A stretch of DNA of 64,000 nucleotides from a virus: positions 21,338 through 85,337 of the IMG/VR virus record IMGVR_UViG_3300043410_001823, one strand, 5' to 3'. Within the stretch, counting starts at the first letter, position 1, and every line of letters begins with the position of its first letter. This document shows positions 17,989-27,011 of this stretch, one piece after another. The notes under the pieces were generated by a model. It was not told the origin of the DNA and did no database searches. It saw only the letters and a program-made list of their open reading frames with translations. The translations under genes and the position numbers were made by a program.

Positions 17989-18642
17989 TTACCAGTCGAT
18001 GTTAGTTGTAGTAACAGACGGTGTATCAAATCCAAAGTAGAACGTTTCCTGTTCTGCGTATGGAACTTCACGAACAACCTTTTCTAGGTTGAACGGTTCA
18101 TGTGTGCCCCAGTTAAATGGCTCTGAATCTGGTGCAGATGGAATAAGTGTGTAATTAGTTTCAGTTCCCTGACCATTACGCTTTAGCTTCCACTGAATAT
18201 TTGAGATGCTTCCTGTTTCAAGTGCATACTCACGAATTGTATTAAATGCAGACTGCTTGCTAATGCCCTGTGACCAGACTGCGATATAAGGGTCTTCTAG
18301 ACCGTCATCCATAAGAACGTTAGTGTAGAAGCGTAGACGTGCCTTCCAACCGCTCTTAGGCTCCTTACGAGCCATTTCACAACCAAAGCAACGACCTTCT
18401 GTATCCTGTGTACATGCAGCCTTGCGCTTGTAGTCCTTTGGGTTTGTGTGTTCTGAAACAACAACAGCGAGTCCACGCTGTTCATTGTAGTGTGCTGAAT
18501 CTGAATCTAGCTCATTTACAAAACGGATCTTTGCAGATTGACCATCGGCTAGCTTTACCCAGCGTACTTTGATTCCTGATGATTCTGTTTTTGGTTTTTC
18601 GACTAGGGCGTTGATATTTTTAAGTCCCTTTACAACAGTCAT
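17989..18642 (-). CDS. Single-stranded DNA-binding protein (gp32-like)
   Basis: Lies between primase and DnaE. Zn-type H/C residues, KRNGQGTETNY motif, acidic/aromatic C-terminus. Confidence 0.65.
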   Translation of the reverse strand: MTVVKGLKNINALVEKPKTESSGIKVRWVKLADGQSAKIRFVNELDSDSAHYNEQRGLAVVVSEHTNPKDYKRKAACTQDTEGRCFGCEMARKEPKSGWKARLRFYTNVLMDDGLEDPYIAVWSQGISKQSAFNTIREYALETGSISNIQWKLKRNGQGTETNYTLIPSAPDSEPFNWGTHEPFNLEKVVREVPYAEQETFYFGFDTPSVTTTNIDW

Positions 18643-18665
18643 TTTTTTCTCCTTGTGTGTTTTAT

Positions 18666-19589
18666 TTATTGTAGCATAGCTTCAATGGAATTGTCAAATG
18701 AAAACTCAAGTTTTCTAATTGCATCATCATCCATATCACCGATGTCTTTATATTGTTTATTTAGTTTTATTATTGTTAAGGCATTCCCCAATTTGTCTTT
18801 TAGTTTTTCAGACATAATCCTACCTGCCTCATCGTTATCCGCAACTAAGACAATGTTGTTAAAATATTTTTCTAACAATTTTATCTGCGTTGCAGAAACA
18901 TTTGCCCCTAGTGTTGCCACTGCAGGGAATCCTACTTGATCAAGTCTAATTGCATCAAAAGATGATTCAACTACATATATTATACTTGAAGCCTTTACCC
19001 TATGCAAGTTAAAAAGAATTTTACTTTTCGGAAGTCCTGGAGTATTCTTAAATTCTTTTCCTTCTACAGTTCTTGCAACAAAACCAATGCATACACCATC
19101 TGGAGAATGCATAGGTACTATAACTGAATCCTGCTTTTCAGAATATCCTAAGTCAAACTTTTGCATTGAGTCTCTAGTGATGCTTCTACCTTCAAAATAT
19201 CGCACAGCTCTTGGGGACTCTAAGGCTTGTCTTCCCAATCTTTTGATCATCAATTCATCATAAGGCACAAAATCTGGTGGAGCTAGCAATGCTTTATTGA
19301 CAACAGATTCAATATTACTTTCTTGCTCTTTGCTTTTAATAAAACGCATTGCCTCAAAATAACTACGACCTGATGTATGCATTACAAATTCTATAAGAGA
19401 TTTAGTTGTTTGACATCCAAAACAAAAGAATAAGCCAGATTCTTTGGATACTTCTCCAGCTGGAGTTCTGCTATTGTTGTGATATGGACAATAAACTATA
19501 TAATCAGTTCCATATTCAGCCTCAATATCAATTCCTGCACCTGTTAATACTCGTTTGATCTGTTCTTCTGTATAAATATCTTTAGCCAT
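18666..19589 (-). CDS. dnaG: DNA primase (CHC2 zinc finger + TOPRIM)
   Basis: CPYH...CFGC, VVESSFDA and DNDEAG motifs. Confidence 0.9.
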   Translation of the reverse strand: MAKDIYTEEQIKRVLTGAGIDIEAEYGTDYIVYCPYHNNSRTPAGEVSKESGLFFCFGCQTTKSLIEFVMHTSGRSYFEAMRFIKSKEQESNIESVVNKALLAPPDFVPYDELMIKRLGRQALESPRAVRYFEGRSITRDSMQKFDLGYSEKQDSVIVPMHSPDGVCIGFVARTVEGKEFKNTPGLPKSKILFNLHRVKASSIIYVVESSFDAIRLDQVGFPAVATLGANVSATQIKLLEKYFNNIVLVADNDEAGRIMSEKLKDKLGNALTIIKLNKQYKDIGDMDDDAIRKLEFSFDNSIEAMLQ

Positions 19590-20808
19590 TTTTATCTTCA
19601 AAGTCCTTATATCTGTAATAGCCCTTATCGAAATCTACCTCTACGAGGAAGTCTCCCATAAAACCATTACGGTTTTTTCTGAATACACATTCAATGATAT
19701 CACTATTCGTTGCTCTACCCAGCGCTAATACCCAGTCAGCATCGTATGCAATCTGCTTTGACCATGCTGTTTGAGCTAGAGTTGGAGCACTACTCAAATC
19801 CTTGACATCATCTGGTGTAGCTGATGAGATAGCAATAATTGGAACTTCATCACCAATAGCCATAAGCTTTAGCTCACGAGAAAGATTTTTCATCTTAACA
19901 ACTTCGCTTTCAGACTTTTGGTTTGGACTCATCAACTGAAGATAATCTACAACAACAAAGTCTGGCTTATACTGATCAATCTTTCCACGAATAACTGATG
20001 GAGTTACTTCTCCACCACCATCATTAGATATAATGTTAAACTCTGGTCTACCTGCCAATTTACTAGCATGCCATTTTTTCATCATATCTAATTCAACTTC
20101 ACCATTGCTCAATTTGCGGTGAGACCATAATCCTTCTCCCATAATTGCGTATACACGATTACGGACTTCTGTTTCAGACATTTCAAGACTGATGATAAGT
20201 GGTGACTTACCCTGCTTCCATGCCTGTACCGCAAAATAAAGAGCAAGCCAGGACTTTCCAATTCCTGGATATGCTAGGAACACCCCTAGTTGACCTGGCA
20301 TAATCCCAGATGGGAGATAATTGTCAAATCCTGGCAAGCCTGTTTTGATTCCTAGTACTCCAGCATCTTTCATCTTTTGTACCTGTTCATAATATGCAAC
20401 TGCAGAATCAATATCTGTTGCATCAACATCTCTAATAGCAGCTGTATTTTTCTTTAACTCGGATGTTTTTGTAATAAGTTCTTCAAGAGCCTTTGTTCCT
20501 TGCCCACTCTGAACTTCAGAAGCAGCATTTCTAATAATATCTTTTAGGCTATCTGTGAGATACTCGCCTTGAAGTTCATCCAAGTGGTACTTGGTTGATC
20601 CAATACCCTCTACTGGATTAAAATCTCTAAACTTCTCTACAACAAGAGATACTGGAGGAACTGCGTTATTGTTTTCAAAGTAACGCTTAATGAATGTCCA
20701 AACATCTGTATGTGTTTTTAAAATAGACTCTACATTGGCTTGCAACAAAACATGCATCTGCTTGTCATTCAGCACAGCTGAAATAACTTTTGCCTCTGTA
20801 TTATTCAC
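19582..20808 (-). CDS. dnaB: DnaB-like replicative helicase
   Basis: AYPGIGKS, ISLEM, VVDYLQLM and KNRNG motifs. Confidence 0.92.
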   Translation of the reverse strand: MNNTEAKVISAVLNDKQMHVLLQANVESILKTHTDVWTFIKRYFENNNAVPPVSLVVEKFRDFNPVEGIGSTKYHLDELQGEYLTDSLKDIIRNAASEVQSGQGTKALEELITKTSELKKNTAAIRDVDATDIDSAVAYYEQVQKMKDAGVLGIKTGLPGFDNYLPSGIMPGQLGVFLAYPGIGKSWLALYFAVQAWKQGKSPLIISLEMSETEVRNRVYAIMGEGLWSHRKLSNGEVELDMMKKWHASKLAGRPEFNIISNDGGGEVTPSVIRGKIDQYKPDFVVVDYLQLMSPNQKSESEVVKMKNLSRELKLMAIGDEVPIIAISSATPDDVKDLSSAPTLAQTAWSKQIAYDADWVLALGRATNSDIIECVFRKNRNGFMGDFLVEVDFDKGYYRYKDFEDKNG

Positions 20809-21109
20809 TTAACCACTTCCTCGCTAATTCTCGTCGCTCTTTGCGCTCTTTGATATCTTGTGTGACTTCATCCCTACCATTGATAATTCGCTCTGCATTA
20901 TATGCAAAGAAATTCCAAGAAGGTTCTTGTGCTATTGAAAAGTAATATTCTAATAGGTCATAGCATGCAGGCAGGCCATAAGATTCAACTAAGGCATCTG
21001 CTGCCCATTGCTCAACATTTAGATTGAGATTAGACTTTTGCTCATATCTTTGTAGATAAAACTTATTGTATCGACTGAGCAAAGCCATACGGTCTTTGCG
21101 CTCAGCCAT
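20801..21109 (-). CDS. Hypothetical protein (possibly helicase-associated)
   Basis: ORF overlapping the dnaB start. Confidence 0.65.
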   Translation of the reverse strand: MAERKDRMALLSRYNKFYLQRYEQKSNLNLNVEQWAADALVESYGLPACYDLLEYYFSIAQEPSWNFFAYNAERIINGRDEVTQDIKERKERRELARKWLSE

Positions 21110-21110
21110 T

Positions 21111-21320
21111 TTATTCCTCTACAAGAGCTTCTCGGCCCTGCTGAACCTTTTCTACTACTTGGTTCTCTACAAAGGCGTAAACACGGTCCATGGCGTCTTT
21201 AGTAGTCTCTCCATCACGAACGTGGTCTGTTACTCCAAGATCCACTCGTAGAGACTGAAAATTTCCTAGATTAAGTGTATAACCTAGTGTTGCTGTTACT
21301 TTTGTTGTTTCGTTTTCCAT
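21111..21320 (-). CDS. Hypothetical protein
   Basis: GYTLNLGNFQSLRVD motif; GGAGGGG RBS before ATG 21320. Confidence 0.7.
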   Translation of the reverse strand: MENETTKVTATLGYTLNLGNFQSLRVDLGVTDHVRDGETTKDAMDRVYAFVENQVVEKVQQGREALVEE

Positions 21321-21340
21321 TGCTACCCCTCCCAAGGATA

Positions 21341-21883
21341 TTAAATGCTTTCTGACCAGACTGGAATAAATCTTCCATCTTCTGTCTTTGTATATGTAAG
21401 TATACCGTCTCCCATTCGCCTTGTCAACTCTTGGCTAGTGGGTGTTACATTGTTTGTTATTAAATTATCTTTTCGTGCTTTGCCGTGATGAATACTTGCA
21501 AGTATATCACGAATCTCTTTTACTTGCGACTCTGAGTAATAAGCTCGTACTTGCCATCCACGTTTTCCATCAAGCTGTGATCCGACTGGTGGTGGAATTA
21601 CTCCACGCTTAATTAATCTTGGTAAATATTTACGATGCCTATTGACAAGAACTGCAGTTTCTGCTACAGTATATGCTTTTTCTCTGTTTTTTCTAAAATC
21701 AGAACGTAAGCATGTTTCAATGCGATCTTTATTGATATTGTAGACAGAAACTAAACCTGTAGATCTTGAGCTATGATGAAGTCTAACTAAATCACCATTT
21801 AAAAACCAAACTGTTTGATTACCACGAATTACAGGCTCGTTATTGTATATCTCGCCCTCAATAATTCCTTTTCTAGTAACCAT
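21341..21883 (-). CDS. MerR/excisionase-like HTH DNA-binding protein
   Basis: YTVAETAVLVNRH...GVIPPP...RAYYSESQV winged-HTH pattern. Confidence 0.65.
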   Translation of the reverse strand: MVTRKGIIEGEIYNNEPVIRGNQTVWFLNGDLVRLHHSSRSTGLVSVYNINKDRIETCLRSDFRKNREKAYTVAETAVLVNRHRKYLPRLIKRGVIPPPVGSQLDGKRGWQVRAYYSESQVKEIRDILASIHHGKARKDNLITNNVTPTSQELTRRMGDGILTYTKTEDGRFIPVWSESI

Positions 21884-22020
21884 AACCCGTCCCTGCTATT
21901 TTGTGGAGGATGATAAAACTTTCTTCCACCACACCTAACGCAATATACCTCAATGTGCTTAATGGTTGTATACTGTCGATCAATAAAAACTCTACCACTG
22001 CATTTCTCACATTTCAGCAT
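21829..22020 (-). CDS. Small zinc-ribbon protein
   Basis: CEKC...CVRCG pattern. Confidence 0.6.
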   Translation of the reverse strand: MLKCEKCSGRVFIDRQYTTIKHIEVYCVRCGGRKFYHPPQNSRDGLWLLEKELLRARYTITSL

Positions 22021-22032
22021 TTGATTATTCCG

Positions 22033-22224
22033 CTACATACTTTCACTCATTTTTGCAGCAAGTTCATTTGAATATTCTTCTGCTGCTATTGTCTTATTAT
22101 TGTTATTTTCAACATACTGTGTTAATTCTGCTCTAAGCATTGCAACTGTAATTGCATGATCTGCAGACATTTCAGCAATTTGTTGCTTTAATGCAATAAT
22201 AATTAATTCTTCTTTCGTAGCCAT
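22033..22224 (-). CDS. Small coiled-coil hypothetical protein
   Basis: ORF with GGGG RBS; helical composition. Confidence 0.6.
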   Translation of the reverse strand: MATKEELIIIALKQQIAEMSADHAITVAMLRAELTQYVENNNNKTIAAEEYSNELAAKMSESM

Positions 22225-22246
22225 TTATACCCCCAATTATAAATTA

Positions 22247-22483
22247 CTATACAGCAGAGTTTATTTCTGCATTAATGTCATCAAGCTCAGACTGCAGCAC
22301 AGCTTTTTGTGCCACAACATCTTGCATCTGTGAGTTTAAAGAGTCAATATTTGTTTGATTCTTTTCTGTCATTGCATTTGCCTCAATAAGGCTTAATGAA
22401 AGGTTGTACTCAGAAAAAGCAATTGTCTTCATGTGCTGCTCGACAATAGTCTTCTTTTCTTCTGGTGTTAAAGATATGGTCAT
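22247..22483 (-). CDS. Small coiled-coil hypothetical protein
   Basis: AGGAGG RBS; TGATATAAT at 22500-22508. Confidence 0.65.
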   Translation of the reverse strand: MTISLTPEEKKTIVEQHMKTIAFSEYNLSLSLIEANAMTEKNQTNIDSLNSQMQDVVAQKAVLQSELDDINAEINSAV

Positions 22484-22505
22484 GTTTTCCTCCTTATATA
22501 TTATA

Positions 22506-23402
22506 TCATGTATGTATTTGCTTCAATGAAAAATCAATATTTGCATAAGATTCATACTCATTGAGTGTTCTGGAGGATCCAAGTGCCTGGGCTCCAACTT
22601 CTTTAGTAGTTATAATTCGCTCAAGCTCTAGCTTAGACTTTTTATCAAGGTAGTTTGATTCTGATGGAAAATCAACTGATGTTTGACGTCTAAGATTCTT
22701 AAATCCTTTATCAGCGTCATAATATAAATGATAGACATTTTGTGCCTCTGGTAACATTAAATCATACCCGTGAGTAAATAATCTAATTGCAGTTAATATC
22801 TCTTCACCCCAAAAGAAAATGTTTTTATTTGGTTCTACGGACGCTATTGAACCATCCGAAAATATAGATGCTGCCGACACAGACTTAGTAAAAATATTAT
22901 TAGAAAAATTTCCAACAGCTCTTTGATGTGGTATCAAATCATTTAAAAAACTTAACTCTGGAACAAAATCAGTATATGACACATGAGCCTTATTGTTTAA
23001 TATATTTAAAGTTCCATCCGTATATTCATATGCTCCAGGGTAGCAAGATAGAACTGGATTTGCGCCACTGGATTTATTTTTAAGATAATTCATAATAAGG
23101 TTGTGATCCCAATTTTGTTCAAATCGTGAATGAGAATCTATTTGAAAATAATAATCTTCACCATCATAAAAAGAATTTGCAATATACCTAGATATTCCTA
23201 CACCAATATTTTCTGGGGCTAAACTTAGTTCGTACTTTACATTGGGAATATCTGGTAAATCAAAGTCTATTTTTTGATAATAAGATATGTGTACGCCAAA
23301 CTTAATAACATGGTTACCTGAACTTTTATTTATAGCATCACGAATAGTTCTGACTAATTCATAATCATGATACGATGGAATCTGTACAAATATGCTAGCC
23401 AT
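22506..23402 (-). CDS. GT60/GlcNAc-family polypeptide (hydroxyproline or Thr) N-acetylglucosaminyltransferase-like protein
   Basis: SIFVQIPSYHD, GxGxSR, YDGEDYYFQIDSHSRFEQNWD, FWGEEI, RLFTHGYD and YHLY match Gnt1-like GT-A enzymes. Confidence 0.8.
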   Translation of the reverse strand: MASIFVQIPSYHDYELVRTIRDAINKSSGNHVIKFGVHISYYQKIDFDLPDIPNVKYELSLAPENIGVGISRYIANSFYDGEDYYFQIDSHSRFEQNWDHNLIMNYLKNKSSGANPVLSCYPGAYEYTDGTLNILNNKAHVSYTDFVPELSFLNDLIPHQRAVGNFSNNIFTKSVSAASIFSDGSIASVEPNKNIFFWGEEILTAIRLFTHGYDLMLPEAQNVYHLYYDADKGFKNLRRQTSVDFPSESNYLDKKSKLELERIITTKEVGAQALGSSRTLNEYESYANIDFSLKQIHT

Positions 23403-23656
23403 TACCATTTACCAATTGGGCAGGTTGATTCTTTAAGCTTAGTTTTTAATGCCATAAAACATCCGCATTTTTTGCATTGCTTGGTTAAATCAAATAGCTC
23501 TGGACAAGCCTTACATATCTCAAATCTTTCTGTGGAAATAACTTGATCTACATATTCTGTATTTGGATTAATCAAGTCCCAGGGCTTTACAGACTTATTA
23601 GGATTTTTGTCCTTTTGTTTTTCCAAATATTCTTCCCACCTTGTTTTATTGCTCAT
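23402..23656 (-). CDS. Small Cys-rich metal-binding protein
   Basis: RFEICKACP...QCKKCGCFM..KTKL....CPIGKW. Confidence 0.7.
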   Translation of the reverse strand: MSNKTRWEEYLEKQKDKNPNKSVKPWDLINPNTEYVDQVISTERFEICKACPELFDLTKQCKKCGCFMALKTKLKESTCPIGKW

Positions 23657-24009
23657 GGATAAAATACCCCATCAATATATTTTGAACCAATTTCTACCCA
23701 CCTTGAATTTTCTGGCACTTCAATTAATAAAGGATTGCTAACTACGATAGCCCCCCGTCTTTCATCAAAAACTACACCCTGAACTTCTCCAGAGTCCTTA
23801 TTTGTAAAAGATACTAGAACTTCACCTGTTTCTAAGATAGAATCTTCTTTAATGATAGAATTGTGAAACATTTCAAAAAATTCTCTTGAAAATACATTAT
23901 TATCGACTACAATATCGTTAATAACAAAACAGGCTAATAAATGTGTATCTGTACTAACGGAATCAATTGCTCCATCATTTAAAATATGAATTATACCCTT
24001 ACTCAACAT
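23653..24009 (-). CDS. Hypothetical protein (possible tail-fibre-associated)
   Basis: ATG 24009 lies 7 nt after TGATATAAT (24017-24025). C-terminus reads VEIGSKYIDGVF. Confidence 0.6.
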   Translation of the reverse strand: MLSKGIIHILNDGAIDSVSTDTHLLACFVINDIVVDNNVFSREFFEMFHNSIIKEDSILETGEVLVSFTNKDSGEVQGVVFDERRGAIVVSNPLLIEVPENSRWVEIGSKYIDGVFYP

Positions 24010-24041
24010 ACCTATCATTATATCAAATACTAACCATTATG

Positions 24042-27011
24042 TCAACATCCAGCTGGATAATATGTATTTCCATCATACAAACATTGACCAACATAGGTGC
24101 ATGGATTAGAAGGATTTGCAACGTCAGCAGAATTACATTTCCAATATACTAATGCCCTAGTTGTTGTAGTAGTGGTTGCTGTCTTGTTATAATTTGGACA
24201 ACATGAGCCAGATGTTGTAGATACTCCTGGAACACCAACTACAGCGGATCCCGTTGGACAGCATTGTGGAGAATAATAGTATGTTCCATAATCCTGATAA
24301 TAACATGTACAAGATGTAGTAGTAGTAGTTGTCGTAGTAGTTGTTGTTGCTGCACTTACTGAAACGCTATTAGACCCTGCAGTAGTGCTTCCTACTGTAT
24401 TGGTAGCAGTAACAACACAATAAATAGTATACAGGAATCCAGAAACACCTGCTAGAGATGCTGGAGGAGTCCAACTACTTGATGTTGCTCCACCATATGA
24501 TGACCATCCTCCTGTTGTAAGATAATACCATTGATACGAATAACTAGATACCGCTGGATTTGCATCCCAGCTTCCAGTAGAACAAGAAAATGATGTTGAT
24601 CCAAGGGTTCCAGATGTAGGGGTAATTGCTGGCGATGTAACAATCTTTGGCTTATATGTTGCAGGTACAATTGGGCCTACCTCAGTTCCAGCCTGCCATG
24701 ACGAGGATCCAGCAGAGTTGGAGGCTTGTGCATAAACTCTAAAATATCTTGCCCCAGAATCATAATCAGCCTGTGTGGTTACATACGTAAGGCTAGTACT
24801 TGTTCCACTAGCAACAAGTGTTTCACTCATCAATACTCCAGCTGTTCCCCTATAAATTCTAAGATCGTAGCTTGTTGGAGAATTATTCCATGTTCCAACT
24901 CCAGCGGTCAAAGTTCCTCCAACAGTAAGAGAAGAAGCACTTAAGGTTGGTGCTGATGCATTGGTAGGTGAAATTACTGGAGCAGAAACAGAAACATAGT
25001 TTGCTCTCTGCGTTGCAGAACTATTTGTTGTAGTATTTTTTGCCGTAACATCACATGTCAATGATGTTCCGTAGACCTGAGTAAAATTAGGTGATGGGGT
25101 AAACTGTGAGGATATTGCTCCAGATATCGCTGGGTAAAGACTTCCTTGATCCCAGTACCTCCATTGATATGTGTATAGATCTGGATTTCCATTCCATGTA
25201 CCGTTTGTAACTGAAAATGTAACAGAACCTGCTACACCGCTTGTTGGACTAATTACGGGGGCTGTAACATTAGAAACAAAAACAGCTGTTGTAATTGAAC
25301 CAGTCACAGGCGTTCCAGCATAACCAGTTCCATTTGCACCAGTATACGGAGTTACTTTCCAATAGTATGTGGTTCCAGATGGGAAGGGGCCTGTTGGACT
25401 AATATTTCCTGGTGAATTAATCGTTCCACCATTAGCTGAATAAACACCTGCAGTACTGCTATAAGTCAGCACAACAGAACCAGTTCCTGTCGCAAAAGCA
25501 GAAACGTTTACCGACCATTGACTTGTTGTCGGAGAATTATTAGATACAGTAGGAGCATTAAGCGTACTTGTTGTATATGTATTAGAAACTGGTGGTCCTA
25601 ATACCTGTGTACCATCTATAGATGTAGTAGCTCTTAATGTTAAAACATAGGATGTGTTTGGAGTTAGGCCTAAATATATATACGCATCTCCAGTTGTAGC
25701 TCCATCGAAACTTCCATCAATGTATGCTCTAGTTGCAGATGTGAGTGGGGCCTTAGAAAAATTTAATGTAATGTCTGTTAGAGATAAAGAAGATGATGTT
25801 ACTGATGGAGATCCTAGTGCAATGGTAGATGATTGATATGTCCATGGTTCGCTATCTACTCCATTATTTGCATAAACAACAATATCTAAATAACCACCAG
25901 CAGCACGAAGCGGTATAGTAAAATCAATATAGTTATCTGTTGTATATGTAGATGCACTTGCTGGCATACTGATAGTTTCATAAACATTATTAACATTTAA
26001 ATAATCAATATAATATTGATATTGATATGGAGAGCCAGTCCATGTGCCCGCATATAGGCGATAAGTGTCTCCAACCGTCATCCCCGTACCAGATAATTTT
26101 GATAGGAATGGTCCTGGGTTTGCAGTTGGAGCAATTTGAACATATGTTGGTCCAGTAGTTACAGTAACTGGAGTACCAAACCAATCTGTGCCAGAATTGT
26201 ATTGGGTTTCAACTACATAAAAGTATTTCCCGCTATTGTTAGGGTCTGTAGAAATATCATATGTAAATGATGTTGAATAGCTGGTTGTATGTGAGCTAGC
26301 ATTATTTCCAGTATCTTGACTGTAAGTCGCTACTAATGTTCCTCCAGTAGTTGAGTTAGTTGTATTTCTATATAACTTTGTTACTGATCTTGTTACGTCA
26401 GGAACTTCCTTGGTGGCTGCAGACCAATTAGAACTATATATCAGATCATTACCTGAAAGAGTTAAAATATGATAATTATTAACAGGATTTTTTCTGTGAA
26501 TAAAATATCTATACCCATTACTATCGGTATTGTCATCTCCAGATATTCCGTCTGCTCTTGTTGCTTCTACCTGAAAAACCAGCCACGATCCGTCATACAT
26601 TTCTAGTGACATATCTAAAACTTGGTATGCACCCATTGATCCATACTCTATTGGGTAGACAAAATCTTGCCCAAGTATAGACGATGTAGCATTATATGTT
26701 TTATAAGAGTATGATGTTATTTGAGATGTTGTACTATTCGCATCCCAAATACCCCTTTGACCATAAACATTGGTTCCAAACTCTAAATCAAAACCTGAAG
26801 GAAAATTATTTCCCGCTGCATCTAAAGTAATATACGGAGGAAGGATTGCATATGGTCCAGTTTTAGGCCAAAATAATTGCCAAGTTCCATTTGCTGTTTT
26901 TACCCAAAGCTTCTTGGCAGATTTCCAAGCAGTTGAGTACGTTGTTTTTACCCACAGTTTTTTTACAGATTTCCACTGCGTCGAATAGTCAGTTTTAGCC
27001 CAAAACCCCAT
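24042..27011 (-). CDS. Tail/virion protein with Ig/FN3-like repeats, poly-Thr linkers and Cys-rich C-terminus
   Basis: Four AP.(I/L)S...G.W...P..Y.YQW-type repeats, FN3-like segments, T11 and T6 runs, 10 Cys in the last ~90 aa. Follows the tail-tip genes. Confidence 0.7.
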   Translation of the reverse strand: MGFWAKTDYSTQWKSVKKLWVKTTYSTAWKSAKKLWVKTANGTWQLFWPKTGPYAILPPYITLDAAGNNFPSGFDLEFGTNVYGQRGIWDANSTTSQITSYSYKTYNATSSILGQDFVYPIEYGSMGAYQVLDMSLEMYDGSWLVFQVEATRADGISGDDNTDSNGYRYFIHRKNPVNNYHILTLSGNDLIYSSNWSAATKEVPDVTRSVTKLYRNTTNSTTGGTLVATYSQDTGNNASSHTTSYSTSFTYDISTDPNNSGKYFYVVETQYNSGTDWFGTPVTVTTGPTYVQIAPTANPGPFLSKLSGTGMTVGDTYRLYAGTWTGSPYQYQYYIDYLNVNNVYETISMPASASTYTTDNYIDFTIPLRAAGGYLDIVVYANNGVDSEPWTYQSSTIALGSPSVTSSSLSLTDITLNFSKAPLTSATRAYIDGSFDGATTGDAYIYLGLTPNTSYVLTLRATTSIDGTQVLGPPVSNTYTTSTLNAPTVSNNSPTTSQWSVNVSAFATGTGSVVLTYSSTAGVYSANGGTINSPGNISPTGPFPSGTTYYWKVTPYTGANGTGYAGTPVTGSITTAVFVSNVTAPVISPTSGVAGSVTFSVTNGTWNGNPDLYTYQWRYWDQGSLYPAISGAISSQFTPSPNFTQVYGTSLTCDVTAKNTTTNSSATQRANYVSVSAPVISPTNASAPTLSASSLTVGGTLTAGVGTWNNSPTSYDLRIYRGTAGVLMSETLVASGTSTSLTYVTTQADYDSGARYFRVYAQASNSAGSSSWQAGTEVGPIVPATYKPKIVTSPAITPTSGTLGSTSFSCSTGSWDANPAVSSYSYQWYYLTTGGWSSYGGATSSSWTPPASLAGVSGFLYTIYCVVTATNTVGSTTAGSNSVSVSAATTTTTTTTTTTSCTCYYQDYGTYYYSPQCCPTGSAVVGVPGVSTTSGSCCPNYNKTATTTTTTRALVYWKCNSADVANPSNPCTYVGQCLYDGNTYYPAGC

